A stretch of 64,000 nt of DNA, from the sequence record DRR378314_235; one strand, given 5' to 3'. This document shows, piece after piece, positions 1-10,363 of the stretch. Position 1 is the first letter of the stretch. Each line of letters starts with the position of its first letter. The position numbers and the translations under genes were made by a program. The notes beneath the pieces are model-generated. The model had not been told where the DNA came from and ran no database searches. It saw only the letters and a program-made list of their open reading frames with translations.

Positions 1-70
1 CACGGCGGGTCCTGGACACCGGCACCGAGAGCGAACCGCGCTACGAAGCCGCTAAATGGGTAGAACGCTC

Positions 71-2158
71 CTATTCCTGCAGCAGACTGATGTCGGCCAC
101 GTTGAGGAACAGGTCACGCAGGAAGGTGAGCAGCGCCAGGCGGTTGTCGCGCACCGCCGGGTCCTCGGCCATCACCATCACCTGGTCGAAGAAGGCGTCC
201 ACCGGCTCGCGCAGTTCGGCGAGCAGTGCCAGCACCGCTTCGTAGTTGCCCTCTTCCAGCAACGGCTCGGAGCGGGCGTAGGCGTCCACCACCATGTCGG
301 TGAGGGTCTGCTCCGCCTCTTCCTCCAGCAGGGCACCGTCGATCTCTTCCGGCGGCGCTCTGTCCAGTTTGGCGAGGATGTTGGACACGCGCTTGTTGGC
401 GGCCGCCAGGGCCTGGGCTTCGTCGCGGTTCTGGAACGCCGCCACCGCCCGCACCCGGCGGTCGAAATCCAGCGGTCGGCGGCAGGCTTCGTCGAGGGCC
501 AGCACCGACAGGATCACCGGCGTGGCGAAGCCCTGCTCCTGGTACATGGCGCGGTAGCGGCCTTTGACGAAGTCGAAGGCCTCGTCCACCCGGTCGGCGT
601 CGATGCGCTGGCCGAGGGCCACCGCCGCCTGGTCGAGCAGGTCGCGCAGGTCCAGCGGCAGCTGGTTGTCGATGATGATGCGCAGGATGCCCAGGGTGGC
701 GCGGCGCAGCGCGTAGGGGTCCTTGGTGCCGGAGGGCTTCTGGCCGATGCCGAAGATGCCCACCAGGGTGTCGATCTTGTCCGCCAGGGACACCGCCTGG
801 CCGGTTTTGGTGCGCGGCAGCCCGTCGCCGGCGAAGCGCGGCAAATACTGCTCGTGCAGCGCCTGGGCCAGCTCTTCGGGCAGACCTTCATTGCGGGCCA
901 GGTAATAGCCCATCACGCCCTGCATGGTGTCGAACTCGTACACCATCTCGCTGTTCAGATCCGCCTTGCTGAGGGCGCCGGCGCGGCGCGCCAGGTTGGC
1001 GTCGCCGCCGATGCGGTCGGCGATCTCGCCGGCCAGCCAGCCGATGCGGTCGCACTTGTCCGCCAGAGTGCCCAGCTTCTGCTGGAACACCACCTGGGCG
1101 AGGCCCTGGGCGTGCTGTTCCAGGGGCTTGCGGCAGTCGTTGTCGTAGAAGAAGGCGGCGTCGGCCAGGCGCGGGCGGATCACCTTCTCGTTGCCGGCGA
1201 TCACCTTCTGCGGATCGCGGGATTCGATATTGCTGATGGTGATGAAATGCGGGGTCAGCTTGCCGTTGGCGTCGAGCACCGGGAAATACTTCTGGTGCTC
1301 TTCCATGGCGGTGATCAAGGCTTCCTGGGGCACGCGCAGGAAGTCGTCGTCGAACCGGCCGGCAAGTGCCACCGGCCACTCCACCAGAGCGGTGACCTCG
1401 TCGAGCAGATCCTCATCCAGATGGGCCTGGCCGCCGGCGTCGCGGCCGGCCTGCTCGGCCTGCTGGCGAATCATTTCCCGGCGGCGCGGGAAGTCGGCGA
1501 TTACCTTGCCGTCCTGCTCCAGGCGGGTGGCGTAGTCGCCCGCTTCGCTCAACTCGATGGCGTCCGGCGCGTGGAAGCGGTGGCCCCGGGAGGTGCGCCC
1601 GGCGCGCTGATCGAGCAATTCGAAATCAATCACGTCGCTACCGTACAGCGCCACCAGCCAGTGCACCGGGCGCACGAACTGCACCTTGCGGCGCCCCCAG
1701 CGCATGCGTTTGGGAATCGGCAGCTTGTTGACCGCCTGGGCGAGAAAGTCCGGCACCAGCTCCACGGTGGGCCGGCCGGCTTCGGTGAGTTGGGCGAACA
1801 GCCGCTCGCCCTTGTCGGTGTCGCGGCGGTCCAGCTGGTCCACGCTCAGGCCCACGGAGGCGGCGAAGCCTTCGGCGGCCTTGGTGGGTTGGCCGTCGGC
1901 GTCGTAGGCGGCCTGCAGGGCCGGGCCCAGGCGTTCCACCTGGCGATCCGCCTGTTTGTCGGCCAGATCGCGCACCAGCACCGCCAGACGGCGCGGCGCG
2001 GCGAAGCTTTCCACCGCCCCGTGCGCCAGGCCGGCGTCGTCCAGCTGGCGCACCAGTTCCTCGGTGAGGGCGGCGCTCAGATCCGGCAGAGCCTTGGGGG
2101 GCAGCTCTTCGGTACCCAGTTCAATCAACAAATCCCGCTTGGCCATATCGTTCGCCAT
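71..2158 (-). CDS. glyS: Glycine--tRNA ligase beta subunit
   Basis: LLIELGTEELPPK N-terminus, PKRMRWG, FVRPVHW, GTKDPYALRR and C-terminal DALR-type domain; directly downstream of glyQ. Confidence 0.97.
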   Translation of the reverse strand: MANDMAKRDLLIELGTEELPPKALPDLSAALTEELVRQLDDAGLAHGAVESFAAPRRLAVLVRDLADKQADRQVERLGPALQAAYDADGQPTKAAEGFAASVGLSVDQLDRRDTDKGERLFAQLTEAGRPTVELVPDFLAQAVNKLPIPKRMRWGRRKVQFVRPVHWLVALYGSDVIDFELLDQRAGRTSRGHRFHAPDAIELSEAGDYATRLEQDGKVIADFPRRREMIRQQAEQAGRDAGGQAHLDEDLLDEVTALVEWPVALAGRFDDDFLRVPQEALITAMEEHQKYFPVLDANGKLTPHFITISNIESRDPQKVIAGNEKVIRPRLADAAFFYDNDCRKPLEQHAQGLAQVVFQQKLGTLADKCDRIGWLAGEIADRIGGDANLARRAGALSKADLNSEMVYEFDTMQGVMGYYLARNEGLPEELAQALHEQYLPRFAGDGLPRTKTGQAVSLADKIDTLVGIFGIGQKPSGTKDPYALRRATLGILRIIIDNQLPLDLRDLLDQAAVALGQRIDADRVDEAFDFVKGRYRAMYQEQGFATPVILSVLALDEACRRPLDFDRRVRAVAAFQNRDEAQALAAANKRVSNILAKLDRAPPEEIDGALLEEEAEQTLTDMVVDAYARSEPLLEEGNYEAVLALLAELREPVDAFFDQVMVMAEDPAVRDNRLALLTFLRDLFLNVADISLLQE

Positions 2159-2160
2159 GA

Positions 2161-3144
2161 TTACTTGCCCCCTTTCTGTTTCTTGGCGGCTTTATCGTCC
2201 TGTTGCTGCAGCTGCGCCTCCACTTCCTGGCGGATGTCGTCGGCGGCCATCGGAAAGCCCAGCGCGCGGCGGGCGTCGAAATAGGCCTGGGCCACGGCCC
2301 GGGCCAGGGTGCGCACGCGCAGAATGAAGCGCTGCCGCTCGGTGACCGAAATCGCCTTGCGCGCGTCCAGCAGATTGAAAGTGTGGGAGGCCTTGAGCAC
2401 GTACTCGTAGGCGGGCAGCGGCAGCCCGGCCTCGATCAGCTTGCCGGATTCCGCCTCGAACAGGTCGAACTGATTGAACAGCGCTTCCACGTTGGCGTGT
2501 TCGAAGTTGAAGGTGGACATCTCCACCTCGTTCTGCAGGAAGACGTCGCCGTAGGTGACCTTGCCGAAGGGGCCGTCGGACCACACCAGGTCGTACACCG
2601 AGTCCACGTTCTGCAGGTACATGGCGAGCCGTTCCAGGCCGTAGGTGATCTCGCCGGTGACCGGGTAGCAGTCGATGCCGCCGACCTGCTGGAAGTAGGT
2701 GAACTGGGTCACCTCCATGCCGTCCAGCCAGATTTCCCAGCCCAGGCCCCAGGCGCCCAGGGTGGGCGATTCCCAGTTGTCTTCCACGAAGCGGATGTCA
2801 TGGGTGAGCGGATCAAAGCCGAGACGGCGCAGGGAATCCAGATACAGCTCCTGGATGTTGTCCGGCGACGGCTTGAGCACCACCTGGAACTGGTAGTAAT
2901 GCTGCAGCCGGTTGGGGTTCTCGCCGTAGCGGCCGTCGGTGGGCCGCCGGGACGGCTGCACGTAGGCGCTGTTCCAGTTTTCCGGGCCGATCGCGCGCAG
3001 GAAGGTGCTGGGGTGGAAGGTGCCGGCCCCCACTTCCATATCCAGGGGCTGGACGATCACGCAGCCCTGCTCCGCCCAGTACTGTTGCAGGGCCAGAATC
3101 AGGCCCTGGAAGGTGCTTGTATCCGCTTGCGGTTGATCCGCCAT
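2161..3144 (-). CDS. glyQ: Glycine--tRNA ligase alpha subunit
   Basis: [44 protein letters not shown]; start moved to ATG 3144 because the longer ORF overlaps tag. Confidence 0.97.
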   Translation of the reverse strand: MADQPQADTSTFQGLILALQQYWAEQGCVIVQPLDMEVGAGTFHPSTFLRAIGPENWNSAYVQPSRRPTDGRYGENPNRLQHYYQFQVVLKPSPDNIQELYLDSLRRLGFDPLTHDIRFVEDNWESPTLGAWGLGWEIWLDGMEVTQFTYFQQVGGIDCYPVTGEITYGLERLAMYLQNVDSVYDLVWSDGPFGKVTYGDVFLQNEVEMSTFNFEHANVEALFNQFDLFEAESGKLIEAGLPLPAYEYVLKASHTFNLLDARKAISVTERQRFILRVRTLARAVAQAYFDARRALGFPMAADDIRQEVEAQLQQQDDKAAKKQKGGK

Positions 3145-3258
3145 GGTGGTTCCCGTTCTTCCAAGCTCTGTGAAAATAAAGGGGCAAGTATAGCGTCCCC
3201 CAGGGGCCGGTGATACCGTGCTACCCACCGATACGCCTGGAAACACGGGGGTTTGACC

Positions 3259-3819
3259 ATGGATCGCTGTCCCTGGTGCGGCACGGATCCGCTGTACGTC
3301 GCCTACCACGACCAAGAGTGGGGCGTGCCCGAGCACGACGACCGCCGTCTGTTTGAGTTCCTGATTCTCGAGGGCGCCCAGGCGGGTCTGAGCTGGATCA
3401 CCGTGTTGCGAAAGCGGGAAAACTACCGCAAGGCGATGGACGGCTTCGACCCGGAGAAAATCGCCCGCTACGACGACGCCAAAATCGCCGCCCTGCTCCA
3501 GGACACCGGCCTGATCCGCAACCGCCTGAAAATGGGCGCCGCGGTGGGCAACGCCCGCGCCTATCTCGACCTGCGCGACGCCGGCACCAGCCTGGACAGT
3601 TTCGTCTGGGATTTCGTCGACGGCGAGCCGCGCATCAACCGCTTCCGCTCCCTCTCCGAGGTGCCGGCGGTGACCCCCGAAGCCGAGGCGCTCAGCAAGG
3701 CGCTCAAGAAACAGGGCTTCCGTTTCGTCGGCCCGACCATCATGTACGCCTTCATGCAGGCCGCCGGCCTGGTCAACGATCATCTGGTCAGCTGCCCCCG
3801 GCACCGCCAGCTGGCTTGA
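3259..3819 (+). CDS. tag: DNA-3-methyladenine glycosylase I
   Basis: [28 protein letters not shown] zinc motifs; divergent from glyQ as in Pseudomonas. Confidence 0.95.
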   Translation: MDRCPWCGTDPLYVAYHDQEWGVPEHDDRRLFEFLILEGAQAGLSWITVLRKRENYRKAMDGFDPEKIARYDDAKIAALLQDTGLIRNRLKMGAAVGNARAYLDLRDAGTSLDSFVWDFVDGEPRINRFRSLSEVPAVTPEAEALSKALKKQGFRFVGPTIMYAFMQAAGLVNDHLVSCPRHRQLA

Positions 3820-3864
3820 CCCCGGTCACAGCCTCAACCCACTTTTACAAACGGCGCCCGAAGC

Positions 3865-3880
3865 TGGTACGGCACTTGCT
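3865..3880 (+). promoter_or_regulatory. Putative sigma-54 (-24/-12) promoter
   Basis: TGGTACGGCACTTGCT fits GG-N10-GC and ends 35 bp before the amidotransferase ATG. Confidence 0.6.
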
Positions 3881-3914
3881 TTGTCATAGAGGGCAGCGGA
3901 GGAACGGAGGCCCC

Positions 3915-4637
3915 ATGAAACCACTATTGATTCTGCAAACCGGTAGCACCTACCCCGCCCTGCAACGGCATTACGGCGATTTCCCCGACTGGATCCGGCA
4001 GGGTCTCGGTGACCAGGCACCGGTGACCGTGGTGGACGCCCGTGACGGCCAGCCCCTGCCGGGCGCGGCGGGCTTCAGCGGCGTGGTGATCACCGGTTCC
4101 CATCACATGGTCACGGACGAAGCCGGCTGGATGCGACACCTGATGCACTGGCTGGAAGCCACCCTGCAACTGGCCGAGGCACCGCCGCTGCTGGGCATCT
4201 GCTTCGGGCACCAGCTTCTCGCCCACACCCTGGGCGGCGAAGTGGGTGATCACCCCCAGGGCATGGAAGTGGGGACCGTGGCGTTGCGCACCACCAGCGC
4301 GGCCCGCGGCGACCCCTTGCTGGCGGCGTTCTGCGATCAGCCCTGGGCGCAGATGATGCACCGCCAATCGGTGCTCACCGCGCCCGCCGGCGTCGAGGTG
4401 CTGGCCAGCAACGGGCACGGAAGCTGCCAGGCGTTCCGCTACGGTCACGGCGCCTGGGGCTGCCAGTTCCATCCGGAATTCAGCGCCGATGTGACGCGGG
4501 CCTATCTGCAGGCGATGCGCGGGCAGCAGCTCAGCGACCAACAGGTGGACGACCTGCTGCCCAGCGTCCGCGAGTGCCCCCAGGCCGGTGCGGTGCTGGC
4601 GCATTTCGCCAACCAGGCGGTGCCGGCGGCGGCGTAG
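3915..4637 (+). CDS. Class I glutamine amidotransferase (GMP synthase-like)
   Basis: GVVITGS, LLGICFGHQ nucleophile Cys, QFHPE His/Glu; GGAGG RBS before ATG 3915. Confidence 0.88.
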   Translation: MKPLLILQTGSTYPALQRHYGDFPDWIRQGLGDQAPVTVVDARDGQPLPGAAGFSGVVITGSHHMVTDEAGWMRHLMHWLEATLQLAEAPPLLGICFGHQLLAHTLGGEVGDHPQGMEVGTVALRTTSAARGDPLLAAFCDQPWAQMMHRQSVLTAPAGVEVLASNGHGSCQAFRYGHGAWGCQFHPEFSADVTRAYLQAMRGQQLSDQQVDDLLPSVRECPQAGAVLAHFANQAVPAAA

Positions 4638-4652
4638 CGGTTCAGAGGCGCC

Positions 4653-5360
4653 TTAGTCCTGGCCGCCGAACACCGCGCCGATCAGCGCGCTGCCCCGGCT
4701 CACCGGATCCTGCCGGATCAGGGCTTCCTGGGTGCCGATCTCCGTGTACAGCCGCTCCAGGCTGGTGTCGATCACGTAGTTTTCCAGATTCAGGTCCGGT
4801 TTGTCGGCCATCGGCAGGCGGTTGTAGGCGTTCAGCAACGTCTGATACTGGTCGTAGAAGCCGGTTTCCCGAAGGCTGCTTTCGATGATCGGCCGGTACC
4901 GCTCGGTGAGGCTGGCTTCGGTGCGGCCGCGAAAGTAATCGGTGGCGGCGGTGTCGCCGCCGCGCACGATGCCCAGGGCGTCGGTCACCGTCATCTCCTG
5001 GATCGCGTCCTTGAACACCGGCGCGGCTTCCGCGGCGGCGTTCTCGGCGCCCCGGTTCATGGCGTCGCGGACCTGGTCCACGTAGCGCCCCAGGCCGATA
5101 CGCTCGAGATTGCCGGCCACCGATTCCACCGTGGCGGGGAGCGGCAGGTCGAAGGCGCCGCTGCTGGAGAGTTTGCTGGTGGCCCGGTCCGAGCTGATCG
5201 ACAGCGTCTCCTTGATGGCCCCGGCCAGGCGGCTGTCGGTGTCGTAGCCGGCGGCCTTGGCGACCTGATTGCCCTGCTCGATCCACGGCGCCAGGGCGTC
5301 CATGTTCTGGCAGGCGCTCAGGGTGAACAACGCCGCGCTGGCCAGTAGAACCCGTTTCAT
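4653..5360 (-). CDS. DUF4197-family lipoprotein
   Basis: Signal peptide with LSAC lipobox; MNRGAE.AA..A.PVF.DAI..MT..DA..I.RG...AATDYF and EALIRQDP patterns. Confidence 0.78.
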   Translation of the reverse strand: MKRVLLASAALFTLSACQNMDALAPWIEQGNQVAKAAGYDTDSRLAGAIKETLSISSDRATSKLSSSGAFDLPLPATVESVAGNLERIGLGRYVDQVRDAMNRGAENAAAEAAPVFKDAIQEMTVTDALGIVRGGDTAATDYFRGRTEASLTERYRPIIESSLRETGFYDQYQTLLNAYNRLPMADKPDLNLENYVIDTSLERLYTEIGTQEALIRQDPVSRGSALIGAVFGGQD

Positions 5361-5432
5361 AGCTTTCCTTCCCTTTCGATGAATTGGTGTAGCATGCCCG
5401 CTGGACCGCGCCGCTAGAAGAACGAGCCCGTA

Positions 5433-6083
5433 ATGAGCGATTTTTACCGTGAGCAGCACAAACTGCGGCTCGCTTACATGCCCTGGCTGTACCCGCGTCT
5501 CAAGCCCCGCCACCGCGATTGGGCCGTGCCCTGGCAGGCCGAGCTGCAGCGGCAATGGTCCATTCTGGAGACCGTGCACTTCGGCGTGCACTGTTTTGTG
5601 GCGCCCCAGGCACGGCTGTTCGCGGAACCCGGCCGGGATATCCACGTCGGCGACGGCAGCCACATCGCCGCGGACTGTGTACTGCACGGCCCGCTGCGCC
5701 TGGGCGCGTCGGTCAGCCTCAACCATCACGTGACCCTGGAGGGGGGCGCCGCCGGGATTGAGATCGGTGACCATACCCGCGTCGCCGCCTACTGTACCTT
5801 ATACGCCTTCGACCACGGTATGGACGCGGCCGCGCTGGTGCGTGAACAGCCGGTGCGCTCCCGGGGGATCCGCATCGGCCGCGATGTGTGGCTGGGCGCC
5901 CGGGTGGGCGTGGTCGACGGCGTCACCATCGGCGACCACGCGGTGGTGGGCATGGGGTCGGTGGTCACCCGCGATGTGCCCGCCTGGACCATCGTCGCCG
6001 GCAATCCCGCCCGTGTGATCGGCCACCGGCCGGGGGCACCCATAAACCGGGGCGGTGCCCCGCGACACGGAGAGACGCCATGA
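5433..6083 (+). CDS. Hexapeptide-repeat (left-handed beta-helix) acyltransferase
   Basis: [38 protein letters not shown]...VAGNPARVI signature. Confidence 0.88.
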   Translation: MSDFYREQHKLRLAYMPWLYPRLKPRHRDWAVPWQAELQRQWSILETVHFGVHCFVAPQARLFAEPGRDIHVGDGSHIAADCVLHGPLRLGASVSLNHHVTLEGGAAGIEIGDHTRVAAYCTLYAFDHGMDAAALVREQPVRSRGIRIGRDVWLGARVGVVDGVTIGDHAVVGMGSVVTRDVPAWTIVAGNPARVIGHRPGAPINRGGAPRHGETP

Positions 6084-7951
6084 GTACCAGTGTTTTCTCA
6101 CTGCTGGTAAAACGCCGCTTCGGGCCTTTTTTCTTTACCCAGTTTCTGGGTGCCTTCAACGACAACGTGTTCCGCCAGGCGCTGATTCTGCTGATCGCCT
6201 CCGGGGTGGTCGCCGGCACCGAGGTGAACACCCTGAACAACGTGGCCCTGGCGTTGTTCATCCTGCCGTTCTTCCTGTTCTCGGCGCTGGCCGGGCAGCT
6301 CGCCGACAAGTACGACCGGGCCATGCTGGTGCGGCGCATCAAGCTGGTGGAAATCTTCATCATGACGTTCGCGGCGGTGGGCTTTTTCTTCAACGCCGTC
6401 TATTTCCTTCTGGCGGTGCTGTTCTGCATGGGTCTGCAGTCCACCTTTTTCGGCCCCATTAAGTACTCGATCATTCCCCAGCATTTGCCGTCCCGGGAAC
6501 TGGTGTCCGGCAACGCCCTGGTGGAAATGGGCACCTTTCTGGCGATTCTGCTCGGCTCGATTTCCGGGGTGCTGCTGAAAATGGACGCCGCCGACCCGCT
6601 GATCGTGTCCGCGGTGGTGGTGGGCCTGGCGGCGCTGGGGTATCTGGCCGCCCGTGGCATTCCCAAGGCGCCGGCCGCCGACCCGGGAATGAAGATCAAC
6701 TGGAATCTGTGGCGGGAAACCTGGCATATCGTCGGCTACGCACGGGAGGTGAAATCGGTGTGGATGTGCGTGCTGGGCATTTGCTGGTTCTGGTTTCTCG
6801 GCGCCGCCTACACCACCCAGCTCAAGGTCTACGTGGACGACTATCTGCTCGGCACCGACGGCCTCTATGCCTTGCTGCTGGGCACCTTTTCCGTGGGCAT
6901 CGGGCTGGGCTCCTACCTGTGCGAGAAAATGTCCGGCCACCGCGTGGAGCTGGGCCTGGTGCCGCTGGGTTCAATCGGGTTGAGCGCCTTCGGCATCGAC
7001 CTGTTCTTCTCCTACGCCGGCCTGCCCAAGGATGTGTCGGTGGACATCGCCGCCTTCCTGCAACAGCCGGCCGGCTGGCGGGTGATGGTGGATCTGCTTG
7101 GCATCGGGGTGTTCGGCGGCTTCTATATCGTGCCGCTGTTCGCGCTGATCCAGCAGCGTTCCAACCCCAGCCATCTGGCGCGCATCATCGCCGCCAACAA
7201 TATTCTCAATTCCCTGTTCATGGTGGGTTCGGCGGTGGCGGGTATCGTGCTGGTCGGTATGCTCGATCTCACCGTACCGGAGTTCTTCCTGGTGCTGTCG
7301 CTGGCCAATGTGCTGGTGGCCGCCTACATCTACACCCGGGTGCCGGAGTTCCTGATCCGCCTGCTGGTGTGGATGCTCACCAATGTGCTGTACCGCATCA
7401 AGGAACAGGGCATGGAGAACATTCCGGACGAAGGCCCCTGCCTGCTGGTGTGCAACCACGTCAGCTATGTGGATGCGTTGCTGCTGGGCGGCGCCGTGCG
7501 CCGGCCGGTGCGGTTCGTGATGGCCAAGCCGATCTACGATTTGCCGTTGATGAACTATATCTTCCGGACCGGAAAGGCGATTCCGATCGATTCCAAGGAG
7601 CGTAATCCGGAGATTTACCAGCAGGCGTTCGAGCGCATCAACGAGGAACTGGCGGACGGCCAGGTGGTGTGCATCTTCCCGGAAGGCAAGCTGACCCGGG
7701 ACGGTGAGCTGGCGGAATTCAAAACCGGGATGGAAAAAATTGTAAATGAAAATCGGGTTCCGGTAATTCCCATGGCACTCTCCGGTCTATGGGGTAGCTT
7801 CTTCAGCCACAAGGGCGGCCCGGCGTTGACCCGGCTGCCGAAGCGTTTCTGGTCCCGCGTGAAACTCAATGTGGGCGAAGCGGTAACCGCCGACCAGGTG
7901 GCGTCGCAGGACATGCGGCGCCGGGTGCTCGGGTTACGGGAACGACCGTGA
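6080..7951 (+). CDS. LplT-like MFS transporter fused to a PlsC-type acyltransferase
   Basis: [15 protein letters not shown] start with many TM segments; C-terminal NHVSYVD (HX4D) and IFPEG motifs; ATGA overlap with the upstream gene. Confidence 0.88.
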   Translation: MSTSVFSLLVKRRFGPFFFTQFLGAFNDNVFRQALILLIASGVVAGTEVNTLNNVALALFILPFFLFSALAGQLADKYDRAMLVRRIKLVEIFIMTFAAVGFFFNAVYFLLAVLFCMGLQSTFFGPIKYSIIPQHLPSRELVSGNALVEMGTFLAILLGSISGVLLKMDAADPLIVSAVVVGLAALGYLAARGIPKAPAADPGMKINWNLWRETWHIVGYAREVKSVWMCVLGICWFWFLGAAYTTQLKVYVDDYLLGTDGLYALLLGTFSVGIGLGSYLCEKMSGHRVELGLVPLGSIGLSAFGIDLFFSYAGLPKDVSVDIAAFLQQPAGWRVMVDLLGIGVFGGFYIVPLFALIQQRSNPSHLARIIAANNILNSLFMVGSAVAGIVLVGMLDLTVPEFFLVLSLANVLVAAYIYTRVPEFLIRLLVWMLTNVLYRIKEQGMENIPDEGPCLLVCNHVSYVDALLLGGAVRRPVRFVMAKPIYDLPLMNYIFRTGKAIPIDSKERNPEIYQQAFERINEELADGQVVCIFPEGKLTRDGELAEFKTGMEKIVNENRVPVIPMALSGLWGSFFSHKGGPALTRLPKRFWSRVKLNVGEAVTADQVASQDMRRRVLGLRERP

Positions 7952-8001
7952 TCCGCCCGGATCTCAGGATCCAAGAACCGATACGATTAAAGAGGATAAC
8001 C

Positions 8002-8559
8002 ATGCGACGTATTCTGATAGCTCTGAGTCTGCTTTTCACCTTCACGGCCAGCCACGCGAGCAATGTGGAAATTCAGCATGTGTTCGGTTGGATCGAAAAC
8101 GCCACGCTGGAACCCTGGGGCGTGAAAGTGAAAAGCAAACTCGACACCGGTGCCCTCACTTCTTCCCTGCACGCCCGCAACATTGAACGTTTTGAAAAAG
8201 ACGGCGAGGAGTGGGTGCGCTTTGAAGTGAACGTGGAAGACCAGGACGAAGACGAAAAAGTGTCGCGCAAGTTCGAGCGCCCGCTCTATCGCGACGTGAT
8301 CATTCGTGGTGCCGGTGGTGAAGAGCGCCGTCCGGTGGTGCTGATGGAAATCTGCTTCGGCGATACCGTGCACGAAGAGCAGTTCAGCCTGGAAAACCGC
8401 AGCGACATGATCTATCCGGTGCTGATCGGCCGCCGCACCATCCAGCATCTGGGCGTGGTGGACGTGACCAACACCTTCATGCACGAACCGCAGTGCGATG
8501 AAGACAGCCCGGTGGAAAAATTCGACAAGGACAACACCGACGAAGACGTGGGTGTGTGA
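8002..8559 (+). CDS. Exported retropepsin-like protease (RimB / 'ATP-dependent Zn protease' family)
   Basis: Signal peptide, FGWIE, KLDTGALTSSLHA (DTG motif), RRPVV, VLIGRR; AGAGGA RBS. Confidence 0.82.
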   Translation: MRRILIALSLLFTFTASHASNVEIQHVFGWIENATLEPWGVKVKSKLDTGALTSSLHARNIERFEKDGEEWVRFEVNVEDQDEDEKVSRKFERPLYRDVIIRGAGGEERRPVVLMEICFGDTVHEEQFSLENRSDMIYPVLIGRRTIQHLGVVDVTNTFMHEPQCDEDSPVEKFDKDNTDEDVGV

Positions 8560-8609
8560 AGTTTTGAGATCGTCTGTGCTCACTGGTAGCTCGCCTGTAG
8601 GATAGCTTC

Positions 8610-8634
8610 AAACCGCCTTTTGACAGGGGGTTTT
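8610..8634 (+). terminator. Possible intrinsic terminator after the protease gene
   Basis: Imperfect hairpin AAACCGCCT-TTTGAC-AGGGGGTTT with T run. Confidence 0.35.
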
Positions 8635-8699
8635 CTGGTAAATTTGTCTGTGTAGCATCTGAAGGAGTCTGATGAAATCTGCTGTAATCCAGTTCAAGA

Positions 8700-8778
8700 G
8701 TATAGGTTTTGGTATAGCTTTTGGTGTAGGGTTGTGGGCGCCTTAACAAAAAAGGCTGTTGATGATGAAAAGCTATAC
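8700..8778. repeat. Integrase arm-type binding-site repeats
   Basis: Tandem 12-mers GTATAGGTTTTG / GTATAGCTTTTG / GTGTAGGGTTGT (8700-8735) plus inverted copy AAAAGCTATAC (8768-8778), directly upstream of the integrase. Confidence 0.65.
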
Positions 8779-8842
8779 TTATGGCCAGAGCTTCATCAAT
8801 GCCATCGATGGCTATCGTTCCAATCAGTTAATGGATCAAAGC

Positions 8843-10201
8843 ATGCAGAATAACAAACACGGCAACAAGCCACTATCGGCGAGAGCCATCGAGACGATGC
8901 GGCCTGGCGATAAAGTCAAAGTGGACACTGGAGAGAATGCCGGTCTGCGTGTGACTTGCGGGGCTAGCGGTGGCAGGTCGTTCATCTATCGCTATCGGAG
9001 CCCCGAAACGGGCAAGCTAACTCAAGTCAAGATAGGGAATTACCCCTCGATGAGTCTGGCTGAGGCTCGCCTAAAGCTTGCTCGGATGAAGGCTTTACGA
9101 CGAGATGGCGTATGCATTCGTGCCGAAATTCAGCGGGAGAAAGTACGTCAAAGTGCAAAAATTGAACAGGAAAAGGAAGCGGCAGAGGTGGCCGCGTTTA
9201 CTGTTCGTGACTTGGTTGATCTGTACTTAACTGAAGTGATTGAGGATCGACTGGTTGTAAATCGTCGAACTGGGGCTCAGAAACGAGTTCCTGGTGCACG
9301 GAAACCTAAGGGGCAGGCCGAGACTAGGCGCACCCTGTACGGTGATGCTGTACGCACTCTGGGGGATCGATCTGCTGCAGAAGTTCGGCGTAAACATGTG
9401 GTAGAGATGGTGAAGGACATTCTTGACCGGGGAGCAAACGTTCAGGCTGGGAATGTGCTGCGTGAGCTCAGTGCCGCCTACGACTATGCGATTGGCCTTG
9501 GCAAGTTTGATGATGATTTTGCGAACCCGGCTTTGTTGGCAAAGTCGAGCCTGAAGCAGGCTAGAGTCCGACTTACGTCTGTTCGGGGCAAACGCGTATT
9601 GTCCGATGCGGAGTTGAAGGAAGTGTTAGCGTGGTTGCCAGGCTCTGGTTTCTCGGTAACACAAAAGAACGTCATTCGTTTGACTCTGTGGACAGGAGCT
9701 CGCACGGGTGAGGTTTGTAAGGCGCGTTGGTCTGATGTAGATCTCGATCGAGCAGTTTGGCATATGCGAGACTCCAAGAACGGAGCCGAGCGGTATGTGC
9801 AGTTGCCGAGCCAAGCTGTGGCTTTTCTCCGTCAGCTTCGTTTAACCACCAATACCTATCTGTTTCCTTCGAGTCGGACGGGATTGCCGATCCAGCAGAA
9901 ATCGCTTACCGAAACAAAATGGTATTTGAGAAATTCTGCCAAGGCTCGAAGTGGCACCTACTTTAAGCCAGGCCAAGCTTGGCTGGATAGCATTCCTGAC
10001 TGGTCTCCACATGATCTGCGTCGTACGGTTCGCACGGGGTTGTCTCGTTTAGGCTGTCGCAATGAAGTGGCTGAGGCAGTGATAGGGCATTCAAGAAAGG
10101 GTATTGAAGGGACTTATGATCTGCACGATTATGAACCCGAATGTCGCGAGTGGCTGCAAAAGTGGGCTGATCATCTGGAAACTCTTGACGGCGTGTGTTA
10201 G
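8843..10201 (+). CDS. int: Tyrosine recombinase/integrase with N-terminal Arm DNA-binding domain (P4-like)
   Basis: GLRV...RSFIYRYR...KIGNYPSMSLAEAR arm domain; catalytic R (TGARTGE), K (SKNG), HDLRRT, IGH, Y (GTYD). Start could be 8831 or 8759. Confidence 0.93.
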   Translation: MQNNKHGNKPLSARAIETMRPGDKVKVDTGENAGLRVTCGASGGRSFIYRYRSPETGKLTQVKIGNYPSMSLAEARLKLARMKALRRDGVCIRAEIQREKVRQSAKIEQEKEAAEVAAFTVRDLVDLYLTEVIEDRLVVNRRTGAQKRVPGARKPKGQAETRRTLYGDAVRTLGDRSAAEVRRKHVVEMVKDILDRGANVQAGNVLRELSAAYDYAIGLGKFDDDFANPALLAKSSLKQARVRLTSVRGKRVLSDAELKEVLAWLPGSGFSVTQKNVIRLTLWTGARTGEVCKARWSDVDLDRAVWHMRDSKNGAERYVQLPSQAVAFLRQLRLTTNTYLFPSSRTGLPIQQKSLTETKWYLRNSAKARSGTYFKPGQAWLDSIPDWSPHDLRRTVRTGLSRLGCRNEVAEAVIGHSRKGIEGTYDLHDYEPECREWLQKWADHLETLDGVC

Positions 10202-10241
10202 TTGGCATAACCCATCTTAATTTCACAAATTGCAGCAACCG

Positions 10242-10269
10242 GACAGAGAGAAATCTATTTCTCTCTGTC
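10242..10269. repeat. 13-bp perfect inverted repeat between convergent integrase and kinase genes
   Basis: GACAGAGAGAAAT-CT-ATTTCTCTCTGTC. Confidence 0.8.
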
Positions 10270-10363
10270 TCTCTTAGGCTCGCCAGTCCCTGACCTTGCT
10301 GGCCTACGGCCTCCACCGGACGCCTCGATCGGTCCGCTGCTAAACAAAAGCGAACATTCGATT

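Noticed and set aside
1-15. Possible GTG start with AGGA RBS for a gene downstream of glyS
   Set aside because: Only one codon lies inside the window, so it cannot be supported.
56-2284. 742-aa plus-strand ORF and similar long ORFs (2203-3213, 12589-14247, 24009-25520, 36515-38104, 38717-40159, 52113-53999, 55125-57347)
   Set aside because: Antisense shadows of well-supported genes, expected from high-GC codon bias; no recognisable motifs.
3145-3804. 220-aa N-terminal extension of GlyQ in the ORF track
   Set aside because: Overlaps tag on the opposite strand; the conserved GlyQ sequence begins after ATG 3144.
8560-8700. tRNA/tmRNA or a clear attL/attR direct repeat
   Set aside because: No cloverleaf and no convincing exact repeat shared with the right end was found by eye.
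8700-8735. CRISPR-like repeat
   Set aside because: The 12-bp units abut without spacers and there are no cas genes; better explained as arm-type sites.
10196-10340. Integron attC site after the integrase
   Set aside because: No properly paired R''/R' core sites, and the integrase is P4-like with an arm domain rather than IntI.
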